Shown here one piece after another: positions 25,841 to 40,200 of a DNA stretch of 64,000 bases. The DNA is from the human T2T-CHM13v2.0 reference genome, Homo sapiens, in assembly GCF_009914755.1 (NCBI RefSeq), contig NC_060943.1; one strand, given 5' to 3'. Made by a program: the position numbers and the translations under genes. Positions within the stretch are counted from its first letter, which is position 1, and every line of letters starts with the position of its first letter. The notes beneath the pieces are model-generated. The model was not told the origin of the DNA, ran no database searches, and saw nothing but the letters and a program-made list of their open reading frames with translations.

Positions 25841-28800
25841 GAACGATCCTTTACACAGAGCAGACTTGAAACACTCTTTTTGTGGAATTTGCAAGTGGAG
25901 ATTTCAGCCGCTTTGAGGTCAATGGTAGAATAGGAAATATCTTCCTATAGAAACTAGACAGAATGATTCTCAGAAACTCCTTTGTGATGTGTGCGTTCAA
26001 CTCACAGAGTTTAACCTTTCTTTTCATAGCGCAGTTGGGAAACACTCTGTTTGTAAAGTCTGCAAGTGGATATTCAGACATCCTTGAGGCTTTCGTTGGA
26101 AACGGGATTTCTTCATATTCTGCTAGAAAGAAGAATTCTCAGTAACTTCCTTGTGTTGTGTGTATTCAACTCACAGAGTTGAACGATCCTTTACACAGAG
26201 CAGACTTGAAACACTCTTTTTGTGGAATTTGCAAGTGGAGATTTCAGCCGCTTTGAGGTCAATGGTAGAATAGGAAATATCTTCCTATAGAAACTAGACA
26301 GAATGATTCTCAGAAACTCCTTTGTGATGTGTGCGTTCAACTCACAGAGTTTAACCTTTCTTTTCATAGAGCAGTTGGGAAACACTCTGTTTGTAAAGTC
26401 TGCAAGTGGATATTCAGACATCCTTGAGGCTTTCGTTGGAAACGGGATTTCTTCATATTCTGCTAGAAAGAAGAATTCTCAGTAACTTCCTTGTGTTGTG
26501 TGTATTCAACTCACAGAGTTGAACGATCCTTTACACAGAGCAGACTTGAAACACTCTTTTTGCGGAATTTGCAAGTGGAGATTTCAGCCGCTTTGAGGTC
26601 AATGGTAGAATAGGAAATATCTTCCTATAGAAACTAGACAGAATGATTCTCAGAAACTCCTTTGTGATGTGTGCGTTCAACTCACACAGTTTAACCTTTC
26701 TTTTCATAGAGCAGTTGGGAAACACTCTGTTTGTAAAGTCTGCAAGTGGATATTCAGACCTCCTTGAGGCCTTCGTTGGAAACGGGATTTCTTCATATTA
26801 TGCTAGACAGAAGAATTCTCAGTAACTTCCTTGTGTTGTGTGTATTCAACTCACAGAGTTGAACGATCCTTTACACACAGCAGACTTGAAACACTCTTTT
26901 TGTGGAACTTGCAAGTGGAGATTTCAGCCGCTTTGAGTTCAATGGTAGAATAGGAAATATCTTCCTATAGAAACTAGACAGAATGATTCTCAGAAACTCC
27001 TTTGTGATGTGTGCGTTCAACTCACAGAGTTCAACCTTTCTTTTCATAGAGCAGTTGGGAAACACTCTGTTTCTAAAGTCTGCAAGTGGATATTCAGACT
27101 TCTTTGAGGCCTTCGTTGGAAGCGGGATTTCTTCATGTTCTGCTAGACAGAAGAATTCTCAGAAACTTCCTTGTGTTGTGTGTTTTCAACTCACAGAGTT
27201 GAACGATCCTTTACACAGAGCAGACTTGAAACACTCCTTTTGTGGAATTTGCAAGTGGAGATTTCAGCCGCTTTGAGGTCAATGGTAGAATAGGAAATAT
27301 CTTCCTATAGAAAGTAGACAGAATGATTCTCAGAAACTCCTTTGTGATGTGTGCGTTCAACTCACAGAGTTTAACCTTTCTTTTCATAGAGCAGTTAGGA
27401 AACACTCTGTTTGTAAAGTCTGCAAGTGGATATTCAGACCTCCTTGAGGCCTTCGTTGGAAACGGGATTTCTTCATATTATGCTAGACAGAAGAATTCTC
27501 AGTAACTTTCTTGTGTTGTGTGTATTCAACTCACAGAGTTGAACGATCCTTTACACAGAGCAGACTTTAAACACTCTTTTTGTGGAATTTGCAAGTGGAG
27601 ATTTCAGCCGCTTTGAGGTCAATGGTAGAATAGGAAATATCTTCCTATAGAAACTAGACAGAATGATTCTCAGAAACTCCTTTGTGATGTGTGCGTTCAA
27701 CTCACAGAGTTCAACCTTTCTTTTCATAGAGCAGTTGGGAAACACTCTGTTTGTAAAGTCTGCAAGTGGATATTCAGACTTCTTTGAGGCCTTCTTTGGA
27801 AGCGGGATTTCTTCATGTTCTGCTAGACAGAAGAATTCTCAGAAACTTCCTTGTGTTGTGTGTTTTCAACTCACAGAGTTGAACGATCCTTTACACAGAG
27901 CAGACTTGAAACACTCCTTTTGTGGAATTTGCAAGTGGAGATTTCAGCCGCTTTGAGGTCAATGGTAGAATAGGAAATATCTTCCTATAGAAAGAAGACA
28001 GAATGATTCTCAGAAACTCCTTTGTGATGTGTGCGTTCAACTCACAGAGTTTAACCTTTCTTTTCATAGAGCAGTTAGGAAACACTCTGTTTGTAAAGTC
28101 TGCAAGTGGATATTCAGACCTCCTTGAGGCCTTCGTTGGAAGCGGGATTTCTTCATGTTCAGCTAGACAGAAGAATTCTCAGAAACTTCCTTGTGTTGTG
28201 TGTTTTCAACTCACAGAGTTGAACGATCCTTTACACAGAACAGACTTGAAACACTCCTTTTGTGGAATTTGCAAGTGGAGATTTCAGCCGCTTTGAGGTC
28301 AATGGTAGAATAGGAAATATCTTCCTATAGAAACTAGACAGAATGATTCTCAGAAACTCCTTTGTGATGTGTGCGTTCAACTCACAGAGTTTAACATTTC
28401 TTTTCATAGAGCAGTTAGGAAACACTCTGTTTGTAAAGTCTGCAAGTGGATATTCAGACATCCTTGAGGCTTTCGTTGGAAACGGGATTTCTTCATATTC
28501 TGCTAGAAAGAAGAATTCTCAGTAACTTCCTTGTGTTGTGTGTATTCAACTCACAGAGTTGAACGATCCTTTACACAGAGCAGACTTGAAACACTCTTTT
28601 TGTGGAATTTGCAAGTGGAGATTTCAGCCGCTTTGAGTTCAATGGTAGAATAGGAAATATCTTCCTATAGAAACTAGACAGAATGATTCTCAGAAACTCC
28701 TTTGTGATGTGTGCGTTCAACTCACAGAGTTTAACCTTTCTTTTCATAGAGCAGTTGGGAAACACTCTGTTTGTAAAGTCTGCAAGTGGATATTCAGACA

Positions 28801-30938
28801 TCTTTGAGGCTTTCGTTGGAAACGGGATTTCTTCATATTCTGCTAGAAAGAAGAATTCTCAGTAACTTCCTTGTGTTGTGTGTATTCAACTCACAGAGTT
28901 GAACGATCCTTTACACAGAGCAGACTTGAAACACTCTTTTTGTGGAATTTGCAAGTGGAGATTTCAGCCGCTTTGAGTTCAATGGTAGAATAGGAAATAT
29001 CTTCCTATAGAAACTAGACAGAATGATTCTCAGAAACTCCTTTGTGATGTGTGCGTTCAACTCACAGAGTTCAACCTTTCTTTTAATAGAGCAGTTGGGA
29101 AACACTCTGTTTGTAAAGTCTGCAAGTGGATATTCAGACTTCTTTGAGGCCTTCGTTGGAAGCGGGATTTCTTCATATTCTGCTAGACAGAAGAATTCTC
29201 ATAAACCTCCTTGTGTTGTGTGTATTCAACTCACAGAGTTGAACGACCCTTTACACAGAGCAGACTTGAAACACTCTTTTTGTGGAATTTGCAAGTGGAG
29301 ATTTCAGCCGCTTTGAGGTCAATGGTAGAATAGGAAATATCTTCCTATAGAAACTAGACAGAATGATTCTCAGAAACTCCTTTGTGATGTGTGCGTTCAA
29401 CTCACAGAGTTTAACCTTTCTTTTCATAGAGCAGTTAGGAAACACTCTGTTTGTAAAGTCTGCAAGTGGATATTCAGACATCCTTGAGGCTTTCATTGGA
29501 AACGGGATTTCTTCATATTCTGCTAGAAAGAAGAATTCTCAGTAACTTCCTTGTGTTGTGTGTATTCAACTCACAGAGTTGAACGATCCTTTACACAGAG
29601 CAGACTTGAAACACTCTTTTTGTGGAATTTGGAAGTGGAGATTTCAGCCGCTTTGAGTTCAATGGTAGAATAGGAAATATCTTCCTATAGAAACTAGACA
29701 GAATGATTCTCAGAAACTCCTTTGTGATGTGTGCGTTCAACTCACAGAGTTTAACCTTTCTTTTCATAGAGCAGTTGGGAAACACTCTGTTTGTAAAGTC
29801 TGCATGTGGATATTCAGACATCCTTGAGGCTTTCGTTGGAAACGGGATTTCTTCATATTCTGCTAGAAAGAAGAATTCTCAGTAACTTCCTTGTGTTGTG
29901 TGTTTTCAACTCACAGAGTTGAACGATCCTTTACACAGAGCAGACTTGAAACACTCCTTTTGTGGAATTTGCAAGTGGAGATTTCAGCCGCTTTGAGGTC
30001 AATGGTAGAATAGGAAATATCTTCCTATAGAAAGTAGACAGAATGATTCTCAGAAACTCCTTTGTGATGTGTGCGTTCAACTCACAGAGTTTAACCTTTC
30101 TTTTCATAGAGCAGTTAGGAAACACTCTGTTTGTAAAGTCTGCAAGTGGATATTCAGACCTCCTTGAGGCCTTCGTTGGAAACGGGATTTCTTCATATTA
30201 TGCTAGACAGAAGAATTCTCAGTAACTTCCTTGTGTTGTGTGTATTCAACTCACAGAGTTGAACGATCCTTTACACAGAGCAGACTTGAAACACTCTTTT
30301 TGTGGAATTTGCAAGTGGAGATTTCAGCCGCTTTGAGTTCAATGGTAGTATAGGAAATATCTTCCTATAGAAACTAGACAGAATGATTCTCAGAAACTCC
30401 TTTGTGATGTGTGCGTTCAACTCACAGAGTTCAACCTTTCTTTTAATAGAGCAGTTGGGAAACACTCTGTTTGTAAAGTCTGCAAGTGGATATTCAGACT
30501 TCTTTGAGGCCTTCGTTGGAAGCGGGATTTCTTCATATTCTGCTAGACAGAAGAATTCTCAGTAACTTCCTTGTGTTGTGTGTATTCAACTCACAGAGTT
30601 GAACGATCCTTTACACAAAGCAGACTTGAAACACTCTTTTTGTGGAATTTGCAAGTGGAGATTTCAGCCGCTTTGAGGTCAATGGTAGAATAGGAAATAT
30701 CTTCCTATAGAAAGTAGACAGAATGATTCTCAGAAACTCCTTTGTGATGTGTGCGTTCAACTCACAGAGTTTAACCTTTCTTTTCATAGAGCAGTTAGGA
30801 AACACTGTTTGTAAAGTCTGCAAGTGGATATTCAGACATCCTTGAGGCTTTCGTTGGAAACGGGATTTCTTCATATTCTGCTAGAAAGAAGAATTCTCAG
30901 TAACTTCCTTGTGTTGTGTGTATTCAACTCACAGAGTT
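25841..30938 (+). repeat. 15-dimer super-repeat, complete copy (5098 bp, with 2-bp deletion)
   Basis: Same marker order as 20741-25840. The last dimers carry TTCATTGG (29495) and AACACTGTTT (30801-30810). Confidence 0.9.
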
Positions 30939-31278
30939 GAACGATCCTTTACACAGAGCAGACTTGAAACACTCTTTTTGCGGAATTTGCAAGTGGAGAT
31001 TTCAGCCGCTTTGAGGTCAATGGTAGAATAGGAAATATCTTCCTATAGAAACTAGACAGAATGATTCTCAGAAACTCCTTTGTGATGTGTGCATTCAACT
31101 CACAGAGTTTAACCTTTCTTTTCATAGCGCAGTTGGGAAACACTCTGTTTGTAAAGTCTGCAAGTGGATATTCAGACATCCTTGAGGCTTTCGTTGGAAA
31201 CGGGATTTCTTCATATTCTGCTAGAAAGAAGAATTCTCAGTAACTTCCTTGTGTTGTGTGTATTCAACTCACAGAGTT

Positions 31279-34200
31279 GAACGATCCTTTACACAGAGCA
31301 GACTTGAAACACTCTTTTTGTGGAATTTGCAAGTGGAGATTTCAGCCGCTTTGAGGTCAATGGTAGAATAGGAAATATCTTCCTATAGAAACTAGACAGA
31401 ATGATTCTCAGAAACTCCTTTGTGATGTGTGCGTTCAACTCACAGAGTTTAACCTTTCTTTTCATAGAGCAGTTGGGAAACACTCTGTTTGTAAAGTCTG
31501 CAAGTGGATATTCAGACATCCTTGAGGCTTTCGTTGGAAACGGGATTTCTTCATATTCTGCTAGAAAGAAGAATTCTCAGTAACTTCCTTGTGTTGTGTG
31601 TATTCAACTCACAGAGTTGAACGATCCTTTACACAGAGCAGACTTGAAACACTCTTTTTGCGGAATTTGCAAGTGGAGATTTCAGCCGCTTTGAGGTCAA
31701 TGGTAGAATAGGAAATATCTTCCTATAGAAACTAGACAGAATGATTCTCAGAAACTCCTTTGTGATGTGTGCGTTCAACTCACACAGTTTAACCTTTCTT
31801 TTCATAGAGCAGTTGGGAAACACTCTGTTTGTAAAGTCTGCAAGTGGATATTCAGACCTCCTTGAGGCCTTCGTTGGAAACGGGATTTCTTCATATTATG
31901 CTAGGCAGAAGAATTCTCAGTAACTTCCTTGTGTTGTGTGTATTCAACTCACAGAGTTGAACGATCCTTTACACAGAGCAGACTTGAAACACTCTTTTTG
32001 TGGAATTTGCAAGTGGAGATTTCAGCCGCTTTGAAGTCAATGGTAGAATAGGAAATATCTTCCTATAGAAACTAGACAGAATGATTCTCAGAAACTCCTT
32101 TGTGATGTGTGCGTTCAACTCACACAGTTTAACCTTTCTTTTCATAGAGCAGTTAGGAAACACTCTGTTTGTAAAGTCTGCAAGTGGATATTCAGACCTC
32201 CTTGAGGCCTTCGTTGGAAACGGGATTTCTTCATATTATGCTAGACAGAAGAATTCTCAGTAACTTCCTTGTGTTGTGTGTATTCAACTCACAGAGTTGA
32301 ACGATCCTTTACACAGAGCAGACTTGAAACACTCTTTTTGTGGAATTTGCAAGTGGAGATTTCAGCCGCTTTGAGGTCAATGGTAGAATAGGAAATATCT
32401 TCCTATAGAAACTAGACAGAATGATTCTCAGAAACTCCTTTGTGATGTGTGCGTTCAACTCACAGAGTTCAACCTTTCTTTTCATAGAGTAGTTGGAAAA
32501 CACTCTGTTTGTAAAGTCTGCAAGTGGATATTCAGACTTCTTTGAGGCCTTCGTTGGAAGCGGGATTTCTTCATATTCTGCTAGACAGAAGAATTCTCAG
32601 TAACTGCCTTGTGTTGTGTGTATTCAACTCACAGAGTTGAACGATCCTTTACACAGAGCAGACTTGAAACACTCTTTTTGTGGAATTTGCAAGTGGAGAT
32701 TTCAGCCGCTTTGAGGTCAATGGTAGAATAGGAAATATCTTCCTATAGAAACTAGACAGAATGATTCTCAGAAACTCCTTTGTGATGTGTGCGTTCAACT
32801 CACAGAGTTTACCCTTTCTTTTCATAGAGCAGTTAGGAAACACTCTGTTTGTAAAGTCTGCAAGTGGATATTCAGACCTCCTTGAGGCCTTCGTTGGAAA
32901 CGGGATTTCTTCATATTATGCTAGACAGAAGAATTCTCAGTAACTTCCTTGTGTTGTGTGTATTCAACTCACAGAGTTGAACGATCCTTTACACAGAGCA
33001 GACTTGAAACACTCTTTTTGTGGAATTTGCAAGTGGAGATTTCAGCCGCTTTGAGGTCAATGGTAGAATAGGAAATATCTTCCTATAGAAACTAGACAGA
33101 ATGATTCTCAGAAACTCCTTTGTGATGTGTGCGTTCAACTCACAGAGTTCAACCTTTCTTTTCATAGAGTAGTTGGAAAACACTCTGTTTGTAAAGTCTG
33201 CAAGTGGATATTCAGACTTCTTTGAGGCCTTCGTTGGAAGCGGGATTTCTTCATATTCTGCTAGACAGAAGAATTCTCAGTAACTGCCTTGTGTTGTGTG
33301 TATTCAACTCACAGAGTTGAACGATCCTTTACACAGAGCAGACTTGAAACACTCTTTTTGTGGAACTTGCAAGTGGAGATTTCAGCCGCTTTGAGTTCAA
33401 TGGTAGAATAGGAAATATCTTCCTATAGAAACTAGACAGAATGATTCTCAGAAACTCCTTTGTGATGTGTGCATTCAACTCACAGAGTTCAACCTTTCTT
33501 TTCATAGAGCAGTTGGGAAACACTCTGTTTCTAAAGTCTGCAAGTGGATATTCAGACTTCTTTGAGGCCTTCGTTGGAAGCGGGATTTCTTCATGTTCTG
33601 CTAGACAGAAGAATTCTCAGAAACTTCCTTGTGTTGTGTGTTTTCAACTCACAGAGTTGAACGATCCTTTACACAGAGCAGACTTGAAACACTCCTTTTG
33701 TGGAATTTGCAAGTGGAGATTTCAGCCGCTTTGAGGTCAATGGTAGAATAGGAAATATCTTCCTATAGAAAGTAGACAGAATGATTCTCAGAAACTCCTT
33801 TGTGATGTGTGCGTTCAACTCACAGAGTTTAACCTTTCTTTTCATAGAGCAGTTAGGAAACACTCTGTTTGTAAAGTCTGCAAGTGGATATTCAGACCTC
33901 CTTGAGGCCTTCGTTGGAAACGGGATTTCTTCATATTATGCTAGACAGAAGAATTCTCAGTAACTTTCTTGTGTTGTGTGTATTCAACTCACAGAGTTGA
34001 ACGATCCTTTACACAGAGCAGACTTGAAACACTCTTTTTGTGGAATTTGCAAGTGGAGATTTCAGCCGCTTTGAGGTCAATGGTAGAATAGGAAATATCT
34101 TCCTATAGAAACTAGACAGAATGATTCTCAGAAACTCCTTTGTGATGTGTGCGTTCAACTCACAGAGTTCAACCTTTCTTTTCATAGAGCAGTTGGGAAA

Positions 34201-37200
34201 CACTCTGTTTGTAAAGTCTGCAAGTGGATATTCAGACTTCTTTGAGGCCTTCTTTGGAAGCGGGATTTCTTCATGTTCTGCTAGACAGAAGAATTCTCAG
34301 AAACTTCCTTGTGTTGTGTGTTTTCAACTCACAGAGTTGAACGATCCTTTACACAGAGCAGACTTGAAACACTCCTTTTGTGGAATTTGCAAGTGGAGAT
34401 TTCAGCCGCTTTGAGGTCAATGGTAGAATAGGAAATATCTTCCTATAGAAAGAAGACAGAATGATTCTCAGAAACTCCTTTGTGATGTGTGCGTTCAACT
34501 CACAGAGTTTAACCTTTCTTTTCATAGAGCAGTTAGGAAACACTCTGTTTGTAAAGTCTGCAAGTGGATATTCAGACCTCCTTGAGGCCTTCGTTGGAAG
34601 CGGGATTTCTTCATGTTCAGCTAGACAGAAGAATTCTCAGAAACTTCCTTGTGTTGTGTGTTTTCAACTCACAGAGTTGAACGATCCTTTACACAGAACA
34701 GACTTGAAACACTCCTTTTGTGGAATTTGCAAGTGGAGATTTCAGCCGCTTTGAGGTCAATGGTAGAATAGGAAATATCTTCCTATAGAAACTAGACAGA
34801 ATGATTCTCAGAAACTCCTTTGTGATGTGTGCGTTCAACTCACAGAGTTTAACATTTCTTTTCATAGAGCAGTTAGGAAACACTCTGTTTGTAAAGTCTG
34901 CAAGTGGATATTCAGACATCCTTGAGGCTTTCGTTGGAAACGGGATTTCTTCATATTCTGCTAGAAAGAAGAATTCTCAGTAACTTCCTTGTGTTGTGTG
35001 TATTCAACTCACAGAGTTGAACGATCCTTTACACAGAGCAGACTTGAAACACTCTTTTTGTGGAATTTGCAAGTGGAGATTTCAGCCGCTTTGAGTTCAA
35101 TGGTAGAATAGGAAATATCTTCCTATAGAAACTAGACAGAATGATTCTCAGAAACTCCTTTGTGATGTGTGCGTTCAACTCACAGAGTTTAACCTTTCTT
35201 TTCATAGAGCAGTTGGGAAACACTCTGTTTGTAAAGTCTGCAAGTGGATATTCAGACATCTTTGAGGCTTTCGTTGGAAACGGGATTTCTTCATATTCTG
35301 CTAGAAAGAAGAATTCTCAGTAACTTCCTTGTGTTGTGTGTATTCAACTCACAGAGTTGAACGATCCTTTACACAGAGCAGACTTGAAACACTCTTTTTG
35401 TGGAATTTGCAAGTGGAGATTTCAGCCGCTTTGAGTTCAATGGTAGAATAGGAAATATCTTCCTATAGAAACTAGACAGAATGATTCTCAGAAACTCCTT
35501 TGTGATGTGTGCGTTCAACTCACAGAGTTCAACCTTTCTTTTAATAGAGCAGTTGGGAAACACTCTGTTTGTAAAGTCTGCAAGTGGATATTCAGACTTC
35601 TTTGAGGCCTTCGTTGGAAGCGGGATTTCTTCATATTCTGCTAGACAGAAGAATTCTCATAAACCTCCTTGTGTTGTGTTTATTCAACTCACAGAGTTGA
35701 ACGACCCTTTACACAGAGCAGACTTGAAACACTCTTTTTGTGGAATTTGCAAGTGGAGATTTCAGCCGCTTTGAGGTCAATGGTAGAATAGGAAATATCT
35801 TCCTATAGAAACTAGACAGAATGATTCTCAGAAACTCCTTTGTGATGTGTGCGTTCAACTCACAGAGTTTAACCTTTCTTTTCATAGAGCAGTTAGGAAA
35901 CACTCTGTTTGTAAAGTCTGCAAGTGGATATTCAGACATCCTTGAGGCTTTCGTTGGAAACGGGATTTCTTCATATTCTGCTAGAAAGAAGAATTCTCAG
36001 TAACTTCCTTGTGTTGTGTGTATTCAACTCACAGAGTTGAACGATCCTTTACACAGAGCAGACTTGAAACACTCTTTTTGTGGAATTTGGAAGTGGAGAT
36101 TTCAGCCGCTTTGAGTTCAATGGTAGAATAGGAAATATCTTCCTATAGAAACTAGACAGAATGATTCTCAGAAACTCCTTTGTGATGTGTGCGTTCAACT
36201 CACAGAGTTCAACCTTTCTTTTCATAGAGCAGTTGGGAAACACTCTGTTTGTAAAGTCTGCATGTGGATATTCAGACATCCTTGAGGCTTTCGTTGGAAA
36301 CGGGATTTCTTCATATTCTGCTAGAAAGAAGAATTCTCAGTAACTTCCTTGTGTTGTGTGTTTTCAACTCACAGAGTTGAACGATCCTTTACACAGAGCA
36401 GACTTGAAACACTCCTTTTGTGGAATTTGCAAGTGGAGATTTCAGCCGCTTTGAGGTCAATGGTAGAATAGGAAATATCTTCCTATAGAAAGTAGACAGA
36501 ATGATTCTCAGAAACTCCTTTGTGATGTGTGCGTTCAACTCACAGAGTTTAACCTTTCTTTTCATAGAGCAGTTAGGAAACACTCTGTTTGTAAAGTCTG
36601 CAAGTGGATATTCAGACCTCCTTGAGGCCTTCGTTGGAAACGGGATTTCTTCATATTATGCTAGACAGAAGAATTCTCAGTAACTTCCTTGTGTTGTGTG
36701 TATTCAACAAACAGAGTTGAACGATCCTTTACACAGAGCAGACTTGAAACACTCTTTTTGTGGAATTTGCAAGTGGAGATTTCAGCCGCTTTGAGTTCAA
36801 TGGTAGTATAGGAAATATCTTCCTATAGAAACTAGACAGAATGATTCTCAGAAACTCCTTTGTGATGTGTGCGTTCAACTCACAGAGTTCAACCTTTCTT
36901 TTAATAGAGCAGTTGGGAAACACTCTGTTTGTAAAGTCTGCAAGTGGATATTCAGACTTCTTTGAGGCCTTCGTTGGAAGCGGGATTTCTTCATATTCTG
37001 CTAGACAGAAGAATTCTCAGTAACTTCCTTGTGTTGTGTGTATTCAACTCACAGAGTTGAACGATCCTTTACACAAAGCAGACTTGAAACACTCTTTTTG
37101 TGGAATTTGCAAGTGGAGATTTCAGCCGCTTTGAGGTCAATGGTAGAATAGGAAATATCTTCCTATAGAAACTAGACAGAATGATTCTCAGAAACTCCTT

Positions 37201-40200
37201 TGTGATGTGTGCGTTCAACTCACAGAGTTTAACCTTTCTTTTCATAAAGCAGTTAGGAAACACTCTGTTTGTAAAGTCTGCAAGTGGATATTCAGACATC
37301 CTTGAGGCTTTCGTTGGAAACGGGATTTCTTCATATTCTGCTAGAAAGAAGAATTCTCAGTAACTTCCTTGTGTTGTGTGTATTCAACTCACAGAGTTGA
37401 ACGATCCTTTACACAGAGCAGACTTGAAACACTCTTTTTGTGGAATTTGCAAGTGGAGATTTCAGCCGCTTTGAGGTCAATGGTAGAATAGGAAATATCT
37501 TCCTATAGAAACTAGACAGAATGATTCTCAGAAACTCCTTTGTGATGTGTGCGTTCAACTCACAGAGTTTAACCTTTCTTTTCATAGAGCAGTTGGGAAA
37601 CACTCTGTTTGTAAAGTCTGCAAGTGGATATTCAGACATCCTTGAGGCTTTCGTTGGAAACGGGATTTCTTCATATTCTGCTAGAAAGAAGAATTCTCAG
37701 TAACTTCCTTGTGTTGTGTGTATTCAACTCACAGAGTTGAACGATCCTTTACACAGAGCAGACTTGAAACACTCTTTTTGCGGAATTTGCAAGTGGAGAT
37801 TTCAGCAGCTTTGAGGTCAATGGTAGAATAGGAAATATCTTCCTATAGAAACTAGACAGAATGATTCTCAGAAACTCCTTTGTGATGTGTGCGTTCAACT
37901 CACACAGTTTAACCTTTCTTTTCATAGAGCAGTTGGGAAACACTCTGTTTGTAAAGTCTGCAAGTGGATATTCAGACCTCCTTGAGGCCTTCGTTGGAAA
38001 CGGGATTTCTTCATATTATGCTAGGCAGAAGAATTCTCAGTAACTTCCTTGTGTTGTGTGTATTCAACTCACAGAGTTGAACGATCCTTTACACAGAGCA
38101 GACTTGAAACACTCTTTTTGTGGAATTTGCAAGTGGAGATTTCAGCCGCTTTGAAGTCAATGGTAGAATAGGAAATATCTTCCTATAGAAACTAGACAGA
38201 ATGATTCTCAGAAACTCCTTTGTGATGTGTGCGTTCAACTCACACAGTTTAACCTTTCTTTTCATAGAGCAGTTAGGAAACACTCTGTTTGTAAAGTCTG
38301 CAAGTGGATATTCAGACCTCCTTGAGGCCTTCGTTGGAAACGGGATTTCTTCATATTATGCTAGACAGAAGAATTCTCAGTAACTTCCTTGTGTTGTGTG
38401 TATTCAACTCACAGAGTTGAACGATCCTTTACACAGAGCAGACTTGAAACACTCTTTTTGTGGAATTTGCAAGTGGAGATTTCAGCCGCTTTGAGGTCAA
38501 TGGTAGAATAGGAAATATCTTCCTATAGAAACTAGACAGAATGATTCTCAGAAACTCCTTTGTGATGTGTGCGTTCAACTCACAGAGTTCAACCTTTCTT
38601 TTCATAGAGTAGTTGGAAAACACTCTGTTTGTAAAGTCTGCAAGTGGATATTCAGACTTCTTTGAGGCCTTCGTTGGAAGCGGGATTTCTTCATATTCTG
38701 CTAGACAGAAGAATTCTCAGTAACTGCCTTGTGTTGTGTGTATTCAACTCACAGAGTTGAACGATCCTTTACACAGAGCAGACTTGAAACACTCTTTTTG
38801 TGGAATTTGCAAGTGGAGATTTCAGCCGCTTTGAGGTCAATGGTAGAATAGGAAATATCTTCCTATAGAAACTAGACAGAATGATTCTCAGAAACTCCTT
38901 TGTGATGTGTGCGTTCAACTCACAGAGTTTACCCTTTCTTTTCATAGAGCAGTTAGGAAACACTCTGTTTGTAAAGTCTGCAAGTGGATATTCAGACCTC
39001 CTTGAGGCCTTCGTTGGAAACGGGATTTCTTCATATTATGCTAGACAGAAGAATTCTCAGTAACTTCCTTGTGTTGTGTGTATTCAACTCACAGAGTTGA
39101 ACGATCCTTTACACAGAGCAGACTTGAAACACTCTTTTTGTGGAATTTGCAAGTGGAGATTTCAGCCGCTTTGAAGTCAATGGTAGAATAGGAAATATCT
39201 TCCTATAGAAACTAGACAGAATGATTCTCAGAAACTCCTTTGTGATGTGTGCGTTCAACTCACAGAGTTTAACCTTTCTTTTCATAGAGCAGTTAGGAAA
39301 CACTCTGTTTGTAAAGTCTGCAAGTGGATATTCAGACCTCCTTGAGGCCTTCGTTGGAAACGGGATTTCTTCATATTATGCTAGACAGAAGAATTCTCAG
39401 TAACTTCCTTGTGTTGTGTGTATTCAACTCACAGAGTTGAACGATCCTTTACACAGAGCAGACTTGAAACACTCTTTTTGTGGAACTTGCAAGTGGAGAT
39501 TTCAGCCGCTTTGAGTTCAATGGTAGAATAGGAAATATCTTCCTATAGAAACTAGACAGAATGATTCTCAGAAACTCCTTTGTGATGTGTGCGTTCAACT
39601 CACAGAGTTCAACCTTTCTTTTCATAGAGCAGTTGGGAAACACTCTGTTTCTAAAGTCTGCAAGTGGATATTCAGACTTCTTTGAGGCCTTCGTTGGAAG
39701 CGGGATTTCTTCATGTTCTGCTAGACAGAAGAATTCTCAGAAACTTCCTTGTGTTGTGTGTTTTCAACTCACAGAGTTGAACGATCCTTTACACAGAGCA
39801 GACTTGAAACACTCCTTTTGTGGAATTTGCAAGTGGAGATTTCAGCCGCTTTGAGGTCAATGGTAGAATAGGAAATATCTTCCTATAGAAAGTAGACAGA
39901 ATGATTCTCAGAAACTCCTTTGTGATGTGTGCGTTCAACTCACAGAGTTTAACCTTTCTTTTCATAGAGCAGTTAGGAAACACTCTGTTTGTAAAGTCTG
40001 CAAGTGGATATTCAGACCTCCTTGAGGCCTTCGTTGGAAACGGGATTTCTTCATATTATGCTAGACAGAAGAATTCTCAGTAACTTTCTTGTGTTGTGTG
40101 TATTCAACTCACAGAGTTGAACGATCCTTTACACAGAGCAGACTTGAAACACTCTTTTTGTGGAATTTGCAAGTGGAGATTTCAGCCGCTTTGAGGTCAA

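Noticed and set aside
30611-30874. Distinct 87-aa ORF (also at 48289-48552) and 81-aa ORFs at 29251 and 46929
   Set aside because: These are by-products of the 2-bp deletion and of the G>A change in the CENP-B box. They are useful only as duplication markers.
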